Source: Bugula neritina
Lineage: Eukaryota > Animalia > Bryozoa
Length of the DNA stretch: 64,000 nt
Direction: 5' to 3'
Assembly (NCBI GenBank): GCA_964035545.1
Contig: OZ037768.1
Span: forward strand, 22,725,319 to 22,789,318
In this document: one piece after another, positions 1 to 13,700 of the stretch
How positions within the stretch are numbered: the first letter of the stretch is position 1
Layout of the letters: each line of letters opens with the position of its first letter
The notes under the pieces: generated by a model
Told to the model about the DNA's origin: nothing
Databases searched by the model: none
The model's input: the letters and a program-made list of their open reading frames with translations, nothing else
Position numbers and translations under genes: made by a program

Positions 1-326
1 TTTATATATTATGTTATTATATGCTCATTATAAATATAAATATTAATCATATCTATGTGTTGTCTATTACGAAATCTTTGCATATAATTATGTTAGCTGT
101 AAATACTAGCAATGACTGCTAAAGGAAAAAATTTAATATACTTTCTTTTAGCAATCCACAACTTCAAGAATTGAAATAGAAAGTTAGATAATTTTTCATC
201 AATTCAGGTAACTTGCACATGAAGAGGGTTAAAATAATGTAGAAGTTAAACTCATAAAAAGTTTATCCTGTATTAATATACTCAATTAAAAGAATATAAC
301 AAGATGGTGTGGGTTTCTAATTTTAG

Positions 327-3300
327 GTTCTCCGTTGCTGTTTGTCATACCTTGGGTTCTGGTGAGACTTTATTTTGATGACTTTGGGTAAGTGAATACA
401 CAGTGCATACATATCTTCAGCCTTGGTGCAAAGTGTACCTTACATGACCTAATGTATGTTATATAGTATATAGCATACTATATAATATACATATAGTATT
501 ATATAGTATTATATATGTTACATGCTATATACTGTATAGTATCTACTATAATATATAGTATATATATAGTATATATAGTATAAACTAGGGAGCAGCTATA
601 TGGTCTAGGGGTTTGAGCCCTGACAAAGGCCATTGGTGTTGTTAGGAAGAGCATCCAGTCATAATTGCTCCTGTGCCTCATCTGAATAAGTCCTTAGCCC
701 GATTTAACAAAAACCCTTTCCGTCAGAGGTTATCACAGGGATTGTAACTATAAACTTGCATGAGATACATAGTATATATAATGCTATAATCTACATATAG
801 TATATATTGTAATTTTGACCACCACACTGTAAAAATATCATTGTGTCTACTATTCAGCACTATTACACTATAATATAGACATCATTGTGTCTACTATTCA
901 GTACTATTACACTATAGTATAGATATCATTGTGTTTACTATTCAGTACTATTACACTATAGTATAGACATCATTGTGTTGAAAGGTGTTGGACGAACTAC
1001 TCAGACGCCCAGACCAGAGAGTATACATACATCATATCAGTGCCGATTATAATTCTTACCGTGGTAAGGTAACTCCAAATATACACATACACTACACATA
1101 GCACTAGTATGTAAAATGTTATAATACAATAGTATGTACTATATACACTAGTGTGTAATATATTATAACACTACTTCATGTACTCTATTTGATGGTAGTT
1201 AGACTGGTTTTATTGCTAGTAATGCCAGATTTGTATGCATTTGTTTATACTTTATGGCTTAACGACCAAACATGATTGATGAAAGATTGCAGCTACATTG
1301 ACTGAAATCTGATAATGAAGAATGTGATAACTATTGTTAAAGATGAAATTTAATTCTAGTAAAATTATAGCATATGCATACAACTAGTGTATATATAATA
1401 ATTACAAATGTAATATTTTCATTACTTTAATTCTAAAGAACAAAAAATATTGACGAAGTTCAGAAGCTGTTTAGTCTGTTTGTGTTGGACTATCAAGTGT
1501 TACCTTGACAACTAAAGGACAAAACAAACCGCTTTTAGACTATATACATACTATACATAATTTACCTAATATACATACTATACTTACTATACATATTATA
1601 CTTACTATACATACTATACATAATTTACGTAATATACATACTATACATACTATACTTACTATACATACTATACATACTATACTTACTAAACATAATTTAC
1701 GTAATATACATACTATACTTACTGTTGCAGGAGCTTTTTGGTTGTTTGAGAAAAGCTTTCTGTAAAAGCTTTTGCAATAGCTTTTTACCAGTAGCTTTTG
1801 TTTAATGAGTCAGTACAGCTCAATTTTCCTCTTGTTAAAGATGCAGGCAACTTAAACTTTATTGTCCAAATAATTTTTACAGTTTGAGTTTTGTGAAAAA
1901 TATAACTGTTGGCAAAAGGTTGAGTTAAGAGGCCTGCATCTGTGTAACCAGCATACAGCATCCGTGCTGACACACATATTATACACACCATACATACTAT
2001 ACATATTATATACACACTATATACACACTATATATACTATACATATTATACACACTATATATATATACTATACATACTACACTTACTATGTATACTATGC
2101 TATATATTAGTTGTATAGCTAAACATTCTTCTTCAGGTAAACTTCATATTCTTCCTGATGATAATTCGTCTGCTCTTTACTAAACTCCGAGCTTCAGAAT
2201 CTAAATGCCGAGAGACCAGAATATATAGGTACATGTAAGTATTGTATGTACATGTATGTATTGTATGTACATGTAAGTATTGTATGTATATGTATGTATT
2301 GTATGTATATGTAAGTATTGTATGTATATGTATGTATTGTATGTATATGTTAGTATTGTATGTATATGTAAGTATTGTATGTACATGTAAGTATTGTATG
2401 TACATGTAAGTATTGTATGTACATGTAAGTATTGTATGTACATGTAAGTATTGTATGTACATGTAAGTATTGTATGTACATGTAAGTATTGTATATAGGT
2501 ATATAGGTATATGTATGTATATAGGTATATGTATGTATATAGGTATATGTATGCATATAGGTATATGTATGTATATAGGTATATGTAGGTATTGTATGTA
2601 TATGTAAGAATTTTACGCACTTCCTATTTCTACTGAGCACGTGCATCAAATTCATCGAGTTAGAATAGCAATGTTTTCGTGAAAGTTTTAGTGCAAACAG
2701 ATTAGAATTTGCTAGCCGCTGGGAGAAGTTACAGTTTATTTTTACTTTAGCAAATTTCAGCTTCATGTATAACTTTTCCTTGCATTATCAAATAATTGCT
2801 CTAATTATTATTGCAAAGTCATCGTAATTGCTCACAAATAATTAATTTTGTTTTAACACGTTTAGAAGGCTAGCCAAGTCCACCCTGATTCTGATACCCC
2901 TGTTTGGTGTTCACTACATAATCTTCGTGTTTGCTCAATTCAATCAAGTGAACGAAACGTTGGAGCTCGTGAGACTATACGTTGACATATTCTTTATTTC
3001 CTTCCAGGTAAGAGACAATCTTGCATTATCAAGACAATAGTAGTCTGAATAGAAAATTGAATAAAGTAACATCAACTTTTAATAGCTCTTTTGCACTACT
3101 GTCAAGTTTTTATGTTATGCTACTAACATGGTCTGAGGCAAAACAACTTTGAATTGATAAGCTTCTCACAGGCTATAAATTAACTAAAGCCTTTAGAACC
3201 TAAAACATCTTAATTACTGGTTAAAAAGTAGACCTAAACGGATGTCAATTGAAGCATAAAAATTTCCCTAATTTGCATCCAAGATTTTCAAATTTCTTTC

Positions 3301-4163
3301 TTTAAGTTACAGCCAACTAACTAAAGATATATATTTCAACATTAATTAATAGCTATTTTAAACAATTTATTAGAATATTTATTTTGAAATTTAGACTCTA
3401 CAGCTGGTTGTTTATAATGTGGTAGCTCCACTATTAACTGACATCATATAAACCTGTATACACCTTATATCACATAACCTGTATACATGCATCTCAGCTT
3501 ATAATATAATAGTTTTTCATGTATACTTTTATATAGTGTATTTTAGGTGCTGTAATTGCATGACGTGCATTTGACCCATTACACGGTCAATGCAATAGAA
3601 AAGTTGTGCAGACTAACTAGTTCTATGATATGCGAGAGCAAAAGTATAATTTCAGATTAAATAATCTGCTAATGAAACCTTTTTTGGACATCTTTGGTTT
3701 TTCTGAACGAGTTATAGAATACATTTGCTATTGTACAGAATACTATGAATTGGCTAGAGGCAGTAAACCTTTAACGTTCTAATAATAGAAGGGTGTGATG
3801 TAAGCAGTGTTTATAGAAAAGGTTAATATGTTTCAGGGGCTAACAGTAAGCATACTATTCTGCTTCATCAACAGCGAAGTGAGGGGAGAAATTTTGAAAA
3901 AGTGGAAAAGATGGCACACAATGAAGAACATTCGGTTGCCTAGCACCCAGCCAAACACAACAACGCTAAGAATCTCAATAGCCACAGACTCTGAAAGCGT
4001 TGCTCCTTCTAATAAGGGGGACTCTCGAAACTCCTCCATCCAAAGTGGTAAACCGGTGAACAATCCCCAGACTCAAACTACTTCAGTGGAAGAGATGCAA
4101 GGCCTTCTTTCTATGGATGATAACCAGAATGAACTGCGTGTCAAGGACACTTCGCAAGGCTAG
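327..4163 (+). CDS. Class B1 (secretin/PTH-receptor-like) GPCR, 3' part (TM4 to C-tail); 5' exons lie upstream of the window. Exons 327-387, 985-1063, 2137-2228, 2866-3007, 3837-4163
   Basis: GT-AG exons join in frame: SPLLFVIPWVLVRLYFDDFG-CWTNYSDAQTREYTYIISVPIIILTV-VNFIFFLMIIRLLFTKLRAS...-RLAKSTLILIPLFGVHYIIF...FISFQ-GLTVSILFCFINSEVR...stop. CW, VNF..I.R.L..KLRA, RLAKSTL.LIPLFG.HY and SFQG....CF.N.EV are class B1 hallmarks. The exact subfamily is not resolvable. Confidence 0.92.
600..740 (+). mobile_element. SINE-like fragment, copy 1 (resembles 44580-44700)
   Basis: B-box-like GGGGTTTGAGCCC followed by GGTGTTGTTAGGAAGAGCATCCAGTCATAATTGCTCC, alignable by eye to 44648-44686. Confidence 0.4.
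836..978. repeat. 44-bp minisatellite, about 3.3 copies, ending just before the GPCR acceptor at 984
   Basis: Unit ATCATTGTGTCTACTATTCAGTACTATTACACTATAGTATAGAC. Confidence 0.85.
1540..2100. repeat. Two blocks of 9-bp CATACTATA-type repeats (about 1540-1722 and 1975-2100)
   Basis: Direct inspection; the second block ends near the acceptor at 2136. Confidence 0.75.
2229..2608. repeat. 19-bp and 18-bp minisatellite starting exactly at the GPCR donor
   Basis: Unit GTACATGTAAGTATTGTAT, later TATAGGTATATGTATGTA. Confidence 0.9.
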
Positions 4164-7100
4164 GGGGCCGTAATTACTAAACTGTTAGGAATGGAGAAAT
4201 ACCAAAGAAATATCTCTTAAAGTTGAGAAGTATCACATTTCGGTGCACCCAAAGTTTATATTGTAAGCATGCCCAACGTTTATATTAAAGTTGCGTGCTT
4301 CTCGTCAAATGTATATAGAGATTGTCGTCTTGGCATTTGCTGGGTCAAACACTGTCTTCTTTAATTTATTTCCTTCTTCTTAGAACACTTAACATAGATT
4401 GTCATCAATCACTGAAAGTGATGTTCTCTGTTAAGAGATGTTTTAACAACTTCAGGCATTTTAGTGATCATATGTAATGTTGTTGTAATACGCAGTTCAC
4501 ATTAGGATGTTATCATGAAAAACATGGCTGCTTTATGTCATCGCTGCTTTAATAATCATATGCGTTTTCCAAAAACGAGCTTGCTCTGATGGATTGAAGG
4601 GCTTATAATTAACAGTTATTGAGAAGATACGTTGTAATTGTAATTTAACAAATGCTGTGCAAAACATTCCCTTCTTGAATACATAATTTTTGCCAGCAAA
4701 ACCATCTATGTTGAAATGCGGCTTTCTTAAAGTGTTTGCATACTTTTGAAGCCGGTTTTAAACGCAGTGTGTTACAATGTAGACAAGCTATTAAAATATT
4801 ACTCTGGTAACTTAACTTAGACCTATTGTTTTCCACCAATTGGTTGGACAAATTCAAAATCAAAAGATAATGTTAGTAATATTAGAACTATGAGTTTTGT
4901 GAGATTGGGACGATTGCTGATTGGCTGAAGCATATTCTGTAGCTTCTAATCCAAAGGTATGAAATGATGTCACCAGTTTGTTGTAACACACAATATATAA
5001 TTAATCATAATATTTGTGTTAGAACATGACATTAAGCCTGGATATTTTAAATAACTTTTATTTTTCATACTTTCCCAACATATCTTACTGTGATAAATAT
5101 TTTTATTCTGATATACTTATAATAGATGTGTTCATTTTATTTCCGTTATATGTAAATATAGCCTATTGTATATGTATATAATTAATGCGTCTACTTCACC
5201 ATTGCAGTTTGTAATATGTTCTATATATAATAACTAAAACATGAAGCATCTACTTTTAACTTATAAGCCTTAGAATAAAAGTGCTGGATTTCTTACTAAA
5301 AGTTTTGTTAGAAATGAAAGCAGCTTGCAAATTATATAAACTTTGTCGATCATCTGGCAGTTGATTCGCTTATAATCCAGTTCAGTCATGTTGATTAGTT
5401 ACGGAAGAGAATTATAAATGTAAAACTGATCTGTTAGCTTTTGATTGTTTCATTCAATGTTGAAATGTTCACCAGCAACGTAGAGGTCATTGTTATAGTA
5501 GACGGGAGACTTATGTTGAGTTTGGCTAAAATATGACACGTATCGCAACTTTGTAACAAATTTTTGAAACTATTTTGGCCTTGATGTTTGAAAAATTATT
5601 GCGATGCATTTTCACCATCAACCAATCATATAGCAGTATTTGCAACATCATTTTCTTTATTTCACTCTATGCACTATGATATTAGAGTTGTATCATAAAG
5701 AAAAAAACCATAGTGTAGTGCAAATATTGTGGGTATAAATGCATAAAAATAATTCACTAAGAATAAGTTTTACTGTTGACTATATTCTTTTATTAAAAAC
5801 TTTATTTTACTAACTATGCGTGATAACTGACTAGATTGACAAACAGTTTGGGTCTAATTTTAAAATTTTAGAAGAAAGTTATATACAGATCTAACAAGTC
5901 GTTTGTTTAAGAAAACTTGCTCTGTAATGAAAGATGGATGGCGACTGTTCTGAACATAATGCAAGGGCAATAAAATGAACAATCGAGACGCTTTATGTAT
6001 CGAATGATTTATTACAATAAAATAACGGAGTCATTACCAGACAAGACTAGCACACGCCCTATATACAGATATAACTGCATATATAGATTTCAATAACTGA
6101 TTAATAATTATTAGACAAGCAGGTGTTACCTAAGCTAACAGGTAATAAGGCGACACAGGTATTATCAAAGATGCTTCCACAAGTGTGTATGTTAAATTTA
6201 TCACATGAATATAGCTATACCTGCTGTCATATGGGTTGTAATATTGATGCTAAAAACCTTAATTTGGATGTTGATAGCATGAGCAGTGTTATAAATGAAA
6301 ATAAAGAATAAAAGTTATTTTATTTTGTAATTTTTCAAATATGTAAACTTTTCCAAAAGAGTGAGATACCGTTTTTTTACATGCTGAAAACTTCATCCCA
6401 AGTCATTACACTTAATATGGTGCCTAATACAACGAGTCTGTTATAGCCAGATATAATTTATGTTGGGACTTTACATAAGCTGGGAAAGCTTTTCCCTAAC
6501 GCATTATAGTTTTTCACATATCATCACAGCTATGCTAGCTATATTATGCTTTTTCCACTCTCATTTTGACTACTACACAATAGCTAACCTTTTTGACTGG
6601 TGTAAAAAAACCCAGCATTTTCACTTGTGTTTTACAGCTTGCAACTACACTTATAACTTATGATGTAACGGATTTTCACATTGCTATTTTCTTTCCGTCT
6701 GCAACAGTAATTTACTAATACTAAAGCACATCAATTTAGAGCTTTAAAGCATTTTTGCTATTTTTCAAACTCAGGGTTATCTGCACTCTAAAATTAAATT
6801 GCGTAATAAAACTATAAAAAATATTCTGAAAATCCTAACGGATGCAAATCATACATGGGGGAAAAAGTTGATGAAGGAAGTGGAGTATCTCCCATGTAAC
6901 ATAATGCATCATCATTGAGCAGTTGAATCTTGAGGTTCCAAGAAATGTAGATTCAACAGACTGAAAACACACTTCAAGCAATTTTTGCTGGTATTAGTCA
7001 GAGAGTGCAACTCTGAAGTTTATTTTTAAAATCCTGTATATTTTACAACCATTGCAAGATTTAGACTACAATAGCATAGTAACTGGACTCTGTAATCATA

Positions 7101-7769
7101 GTGCACATAACTCCATATCAGCTTATCTGGGTGTCGAATTTTTCATGTTGTCATTTTCACAATGCATTGCACTCAATCTGAATGTTTAGCTACAGAGACT
7201 GAAATTGGTGTACGTTTTGTATTAGTAAAATAATGACTCTTTTATTCTAAAGGTAAAGTGATATAATTTTATAACAACTAAAAAAAAAACTCCGGGAGAA
7301 ACAAGTAAAACACAGAAGTAGTAGTTGGTGTGCTTTAAAGGGTATGCTACTAGTGCACAGCTAACGAATAAAGTTACAGCAATCCCTTGATACTTCAGAG
7401 TTAGTAAATGCCTTTGGATGGCAAAAACAAAGTTTAATAAAAGCAGAAACTTTCCAACATGAATTGAACCCACATTACACAAATATAAAACGTTTCGTTA
7501 CCAGCCAGTGTTAATCACAAAATAAGAGTAAGTAATGGCAGTTAGTTAGCTCAGCTGATAAAATGAAAGCTTATTACGTTTCAGCAGTAAGTTGAGAGAC
7601 TTGGCTCTGATTATATCTATAAAAATACGCATTATAAAATCATATATAAATGGGAGAAAAGCTGACATATAATATAAGAAATAGGTGCACAATAAATAAC
7701 CAGAATGGCCCTCACTCGTGTCACACAAACTTCTCCGTAGCACACATCACAGACATCTGACAAGGACCT

Positions 7770-10700
7770 CTAGACAACAGTCCTTTTTGCTGGGAGAGGT
7801 CGAGATGCGTCAGAGAACCATTGACGAACGTTAGCCAGCGCCTCGTTCAGCTTAGCACACCACTCCAGTCTGTCAGCCTTCGTGTCTAGTCCTAGCCAGT
7901 GCCTGCAGTGTAGACGTACAGTGTAGACATACAGTGTAGATATATAGTGTAGACGTACAGTGTAGATTAGCATCTAGCAGTATGTTTTAGAGATACAGAC
8001 AGAGAGAAGGAAACTCCCACACTAACTACCTTGACAATAAACAATAAGCTCTGCACACATTTTATGATACTGGAATACTACAAGTTGGCACATTGTATGA
8101 TCTCCTGGTTAACTCGCTAATAGAAAGAAACAATAGAAATTCTAATGCTATTAGAAGGCTCGGCATGTGCGTGACAAAAACTGTCCCAGAATACCTAGCA
8201 GACTTCCTACTTACTGCTCGTGAACCGTGTGGCCTCGAACTTGCTTGTTTCTGCTGCTCTTCTCGGCCTTGTCCACATTCCTCACAATCACCAGCTCGAT
8301 GGTGTTGGGGCGGGCGCACTTGTCCCTCGATACCAGCCCGACCTCCTCAGTGACACAATCCTTGAGATTCAGCTGGCTGATTGGCTCCTTCAGAATAAGA
8401 GAGCAGAAAGTATAGCAGGTGATACTGTAAGACTATCAGGTGATACTGTAAGACTAGCAGGTGATACTGTAAGACTAGCGGGTGATACTGTAAGACTAGC
8501 AGGTGATACTGTAAGACTAGCAGGTGATACTGTAAGACTAGCAGGTGATACTGTAAGACTAGCGGGTGATACTGTAAGACTAGCAGGTGATACTGTAAGA
8601 CTAGCAGGTGATACTGTAAGATTATCAGGTGATACTGTAATACTAGCAGGTGATACTGTAAGATTATCAGGTGATACTGTAATACTAGCAGGTGATACTG
8701 TAATACTATCAGGTGATACTGTAAGACTATCAGGTGATACTGTGAGACTATCAGGTGATACTGTAAGACTAGCAGGTGATACTGTAATACTATCATGTGA
8801 TACTGTAAGACTAGCAGGTGATACTGTAATACTATCAGGTGATACTGTAATACTATCAGGTGATACTGTAAGACTAGCAGGTGATACTGTAAGACTAGCA
8901 GGTGATACTGTAAGACTATCAGGGACTCACTCGGCTCATCTCGTCATCCGGGTACTTCCAGTAGGATAGCCTGTGATTGTTGAGGACACACCATCTCCTG
9001 TGCCACGCACCGAACCCTCCCACATCTTCAAACATGTTCTGCAACAGAAACAGCGGGTCTCATAATTTTACATCTCAGACTACTATTCCCACAACAGTTC
9101 ATAAAGTAGTGTAATTTCTACAATTACTACAGTATTGTAGTTCCTGTAGTTATTACTACAGTACTGTAGTTACTGTAACAGCTACCAAAGACACTCACGA
9201 TGAAGCCCTTGAAGACAATGTTAGCCTCCATGGTGCACCTGAGACGCAGGTTGATGGAGCCGTGGAGGGGGGAGAGGTAGGGCACCCGCGACAGCTTGAA
9301 GGACGTGTTCTGGATGTTGTCCATGGTGAGCATGAGCGAAGTGATGTGCGTGAAGTTGGTGGCGCGAACAGTCGAGGAGCTGAGAGGGTTCTCGCGACCT
9401 GAAAGGTAGAGAAACCACCACTAGAGGGAGCTGCCCACACAGTGACATCGTATGCTGATAACTCACATACGCAACTTTACACTAGGAAGTTGAAATGTCC
9501 ACAGCACATTGTACAAGCATGCTATACTGTGTAGCCTCCGTTCCAAGTTAAACCAAGCCTGATGCCCACAACCCGTTAGCTAGAAACATCAGTGGGGAGC
9601 AAATCAAAAGCAGTTTCACACACAAGACAACTCGCAGTACACGATCACCATAGCAACCCGAGTGAACATACCGAGTGTAGACCTTCGTTTGGCTAAAATA
9701 CAACAACTACACATTGTACAGTTGGGTGGGGGAGTTCAGCTAAAAGCCTGCCTATGCATTACACTATACAAAGTTTTAGCCAAGACAGCCACATACCTCT
9801 AGATGAAGATCCACTCTTCTTCTTGTCTTTCTTTCCTGATTGTTTTAAGGAGGACTCTCTACAGACTTGCTAGGAAATAGAAGAAACACTCGACTACAGG
9901 ACATTTATCTCTGTACTTAGTTACAGCGCAATGAGCTCTATACTTAGCTACAGCGCAATGACGTCTCTGCTTAGTTACAGCACAATGACCTCTACCTACC
10001 ATGCTATAGACCTCTAACTCATATCTGAAGTCATTCATGATGTCGTTGAGTTTGATAAGGTTGGGGAAGTGAAGAGTTCCTCTCATCAGAGCGTCGTGGG
10101 TGGAAACCATTTGCGTGACGACCACCTGCGGCCCCGCCCTCACCATCAACAGGAAGTAGTGCACAGTGTCGTCTTCTGCACTGCCGATCCTCTTGACAAA
10201 CTCTCTCTTGAGAGGGAGTTGGATGTCGCTGATGGTGAGCGAGCCCTTGCCCTTTCTCCTCATGCAGTGGTGAGGGTTGGCCTTGATCATCTCAATCTCT
10301 GCCAGGTATGCTTGTCTACGCTGACAGGCTATGAGGAGCAGCCGGTTGCACTCCACCTGCAGGAATTTAGTAGTAATAGTAGTAGTAGTAGCAGCAGTAG
10401 TAGTAGTAGCAGCAGAAGTAGTAGCAGTAGTAGTAGTAGTAGCAGTAGTAGTAGTGGTATTAGGTAGTAGTAGTAGTGGTATTAGGTAGTAGTAGTAGCA
10501 GTAGTAGTAGCAGTATTAGGTAGTAGTAGTAGTAGTAGTGGTAGTAGTAGTAGCAGTAGTAGTAGTAGTAGTGATGGTAGTAGTACTAGCAGTAATAGTG
10601 GTAGTTGTAATAGTAGTAGCAGCAGAGTAGTAGTACTTATTAGTAGTAGTAGTAGTAGCAGTACTAGTAGTAGTAGTAGCACTAGTAGTAGTAGTGATGG

Positions 10701-13700
10701 TAGTAGTACTAGCAGTAATAGTGGTAGTTGTAATAGTAGTAGTAGTAGTAGTACTTACTAGTAGGTAGTAGCAGTAGTACTAACTATCTCACCTGTTCGG
10801 TAGAACCAGCAAAGCTAGACCCTGACTTGCAGCACTGGTTAAGGGCGTTACTAGCCTGTACTATGACGTTCTGCTCCTTCTGCACCAGAGCCTGGAGTTC
10901 CTGAAAGATAAAATCAAGCAAAGTTGTCATCTACCACCAGCAAACAAGTAGAATAATAATAGTCAAGTACCAAGAGTCAAGTACCAATAGTCAGGTACTA
11001 ATAGTCAAGTACTAATAGTCAAGTACCTTGATGCGTTTACGTCGCTCCAAGTCGGGTTCACTCTGCTGACTGGAAGTTTCACTCATTCTACTGTCGTCTG
11101 TATCATAGACTGAGGTGCTGTTCCTATGCCCTGTAGCACTGCGGGGCAACTGAGCCACACTCCTTGTTGTTTGCCTGCATTCACAATACAGAGGATATAA
11201 CGCAACAAAAGAGCACACAACTCCTGAATGAAACGCATCTGCCAGGCCATCAGATTACTAAAGCATCGTCACGTTAGGAGAGAGGTACTGTTTGTGTGGT
11301 TGTCGCATGCCGTAAGCAGCAGACTGAGCCTCACGTCTGCTGTGACAGAGGAGCGACAACTCTTGATATATGACCGGCCTTACGCCGCAGACTGGTGACT
11401 CGTACGTCTGCGGTAAGATTTCAGCCAATGGGAGCTAATCGGACATTATGCCTAGTTTCATCATTTGACTGGCAGAAAAAGAACTAACTGAAGAAGCACA
11501 ATTGACCTCTACTGTGCCACAATGACCTCTACTCACCTGTACTGATCCACACTGTAGAGACGAGAAGGGCTGTCAGAAGATATCTTTTGTCTCTTTCCAG
11601 TCTCTTTCACCTCCGGCAGTTTAGAGAATGAGTGGCCGCGTGGAGAGCGGCGAGGGAGAGGGGCGGGAGTTGGCTCCTCGTCGCTCATTGCTTCATCCAG
11701 GAAGTCTACGACATCCCGGGAGTTGGCCGCATCGTCTCCGCCGGCCACAAAGTGGTAGCTGTAGGAGGAGACGGAGGAGCCGATGGAACTGCCACTTATC
11801 TGTCTCATGTCGTCTGCTAGGAGAAGTTCAGAGTAAATACTAAGTACGACTCACATTCATGTGATCATATGAGAGTATCTCAAATTCTGTTGCATTTGAT
11901 TCAAAGTGAAAGGAGAAGAGATTTCGGTGCAGGGTTGGGGTAATTGTAATTTGTTGCAATTACATTTCTTCAAGTAATTAAATGTAGTTTGTAATTGATG
12001 TATTACCACCACCCGATCATGATATGGCAGAGAAAGGTGAGACAATTGATGTATTACAATGTAATTGTAATTAATTACACAGCTAATGTAATTGATTTTT
12101 ACAAATACTTTATAACTACACATCAATTACTTCAAAATATTTCATACTTTTCCTACCATGCCAACAGTTTAATTACAAATTCAAATGAACTTGCCAACAT
12201 CACAGCTTACTGGTGCATACTGGGAGATCAATTTTATACTATCGTCACAGTTATTGGTTAATGATGACACAAAATGCCATTCTGGTGTGACAATGTCAGG
12301 CAATAAAACTGCATCCTGTCGGCATTCTTAGCCCAAACGTCACATTCAGTGACTTAGTGTCAACATGACCACACAGTCTCACCGAAGCTATCAGCACTGC
12401 TTTCATCTCCCAGTCTGGGTAGTTTGCTAGGGGAGCCTCTCTCCAGCCCCCTCCTGCCCGGGCTGAGAGGGAAGACCTTAGCCTTGGGAGTCATCTCCTC
12501 ATCACTGCTGGAGGATGCATAGCCGAGGGTGGGAATCTTACAGCTGGACCTGTTCAACATAATACAGAGGTTAGCAGAGATGGCCATAGGAATACACACA
12601 GCCCGCGAGGCTCAGTGAAGGGGGGAGGCGCTTAGTGCAGAAATAGACATGAATAGGTCAAGCCATGTACTTCTTAGTCATGCCTATTGTGTTCAACATG
12701 AAACATCATCCACAAAACTATATAAGTCTAACCTGGCCCTCTGGTGTCGTTTTTTAATTGTTAGAAATCTGTACATTTGGTGAATTCATTAGTCAAATAA
12801 CTCCAAACAATTAAATAACTTTTACATTAGACACAACAGAAACGCATCAAATGTAGTGAAACAAAACAAGAAGAACTTCATAAAGAAAGATTTACCACGG
12901 ATAGCAGCAGACAGTCTCCTGGGGGCTACAGAGAAGTTACCAAACGAAACGTGAGATTCACATCTAAGTGACAGAATACTACATGTGTATGTTACTAGGA
13001 CATGTTTGTCCTGTCTGCACGACAAGCTGACATCATCACACTCACACAACCCACCTTCTTTGAAGCTTCTTGTCAGACTGCTGACCCTGTACGGGACTCT
13101 CTGACTGTCCCCTCTCCAGAGACGCTGCCGCCGATCTGGTGGGAGACTTGAAGGACACCTGCCTCTTCCGTGAGCTCCTCGTCTCCTCAGAGCTGCTGCC
13201 GGCTGTGGCTACAGAAACAGAGCGGAGTGTTTACCAGATAGAGCAGTGAACAACAACACAACAGTTAGCCTACGAGAAAGTCTTATAGCGAAAATTAGAC
13301 AGCGGGTGGTCACATGACCGACTCTGAATGCTTTGACTCGCCATACCAGGTTTCAACTCAGTGAGTGGCCAACACGAGTCACGGAGCTAAGCAGTGCAAC
13401 CTTGGACCAAGTGTTGGGTTTTACTTTAAGGTTTAGCTGCAAGGTTATCTACAAATATTTATGGGTGACTCAATCTCCGATAATTATTTATCCTTGAAAG
13501 GTCGCATCTACCTGCAAGGTAAGGCTTTTCTACCCGCAAGGCAGAGACTGTCTGTGTGTTGCCAGCAGCTACTTAGAGTATAATATAATTAGAAGAATAT
13601 TGTACAAGTGTTACCATTATTAGACGAGCTGGGATTAGTGCTGGCAGCAGAGCCGGGAGTAGGGTAGCTGGCAGCAGGTGCTGATGTCAGCTCTGAGTCA

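Noticed and set aside
1505-2766. His/Thr/Tyr/Ile-rich ORFs
   Set aside because: Translations of intronic simple repeats.
8220-8969. 249-aa ORF with (LAGDTVR)n repeats as a novel protein
   Set aside because: Read-through of an intronic 21-bp minisatellite plus antisense anillin exons; there is no independent coding evidence.
10069-10682. Poly-Ser and poly-Leu ORFs
   Set aside because: (AGT)n microsatellite and antisense of an anillin exon.
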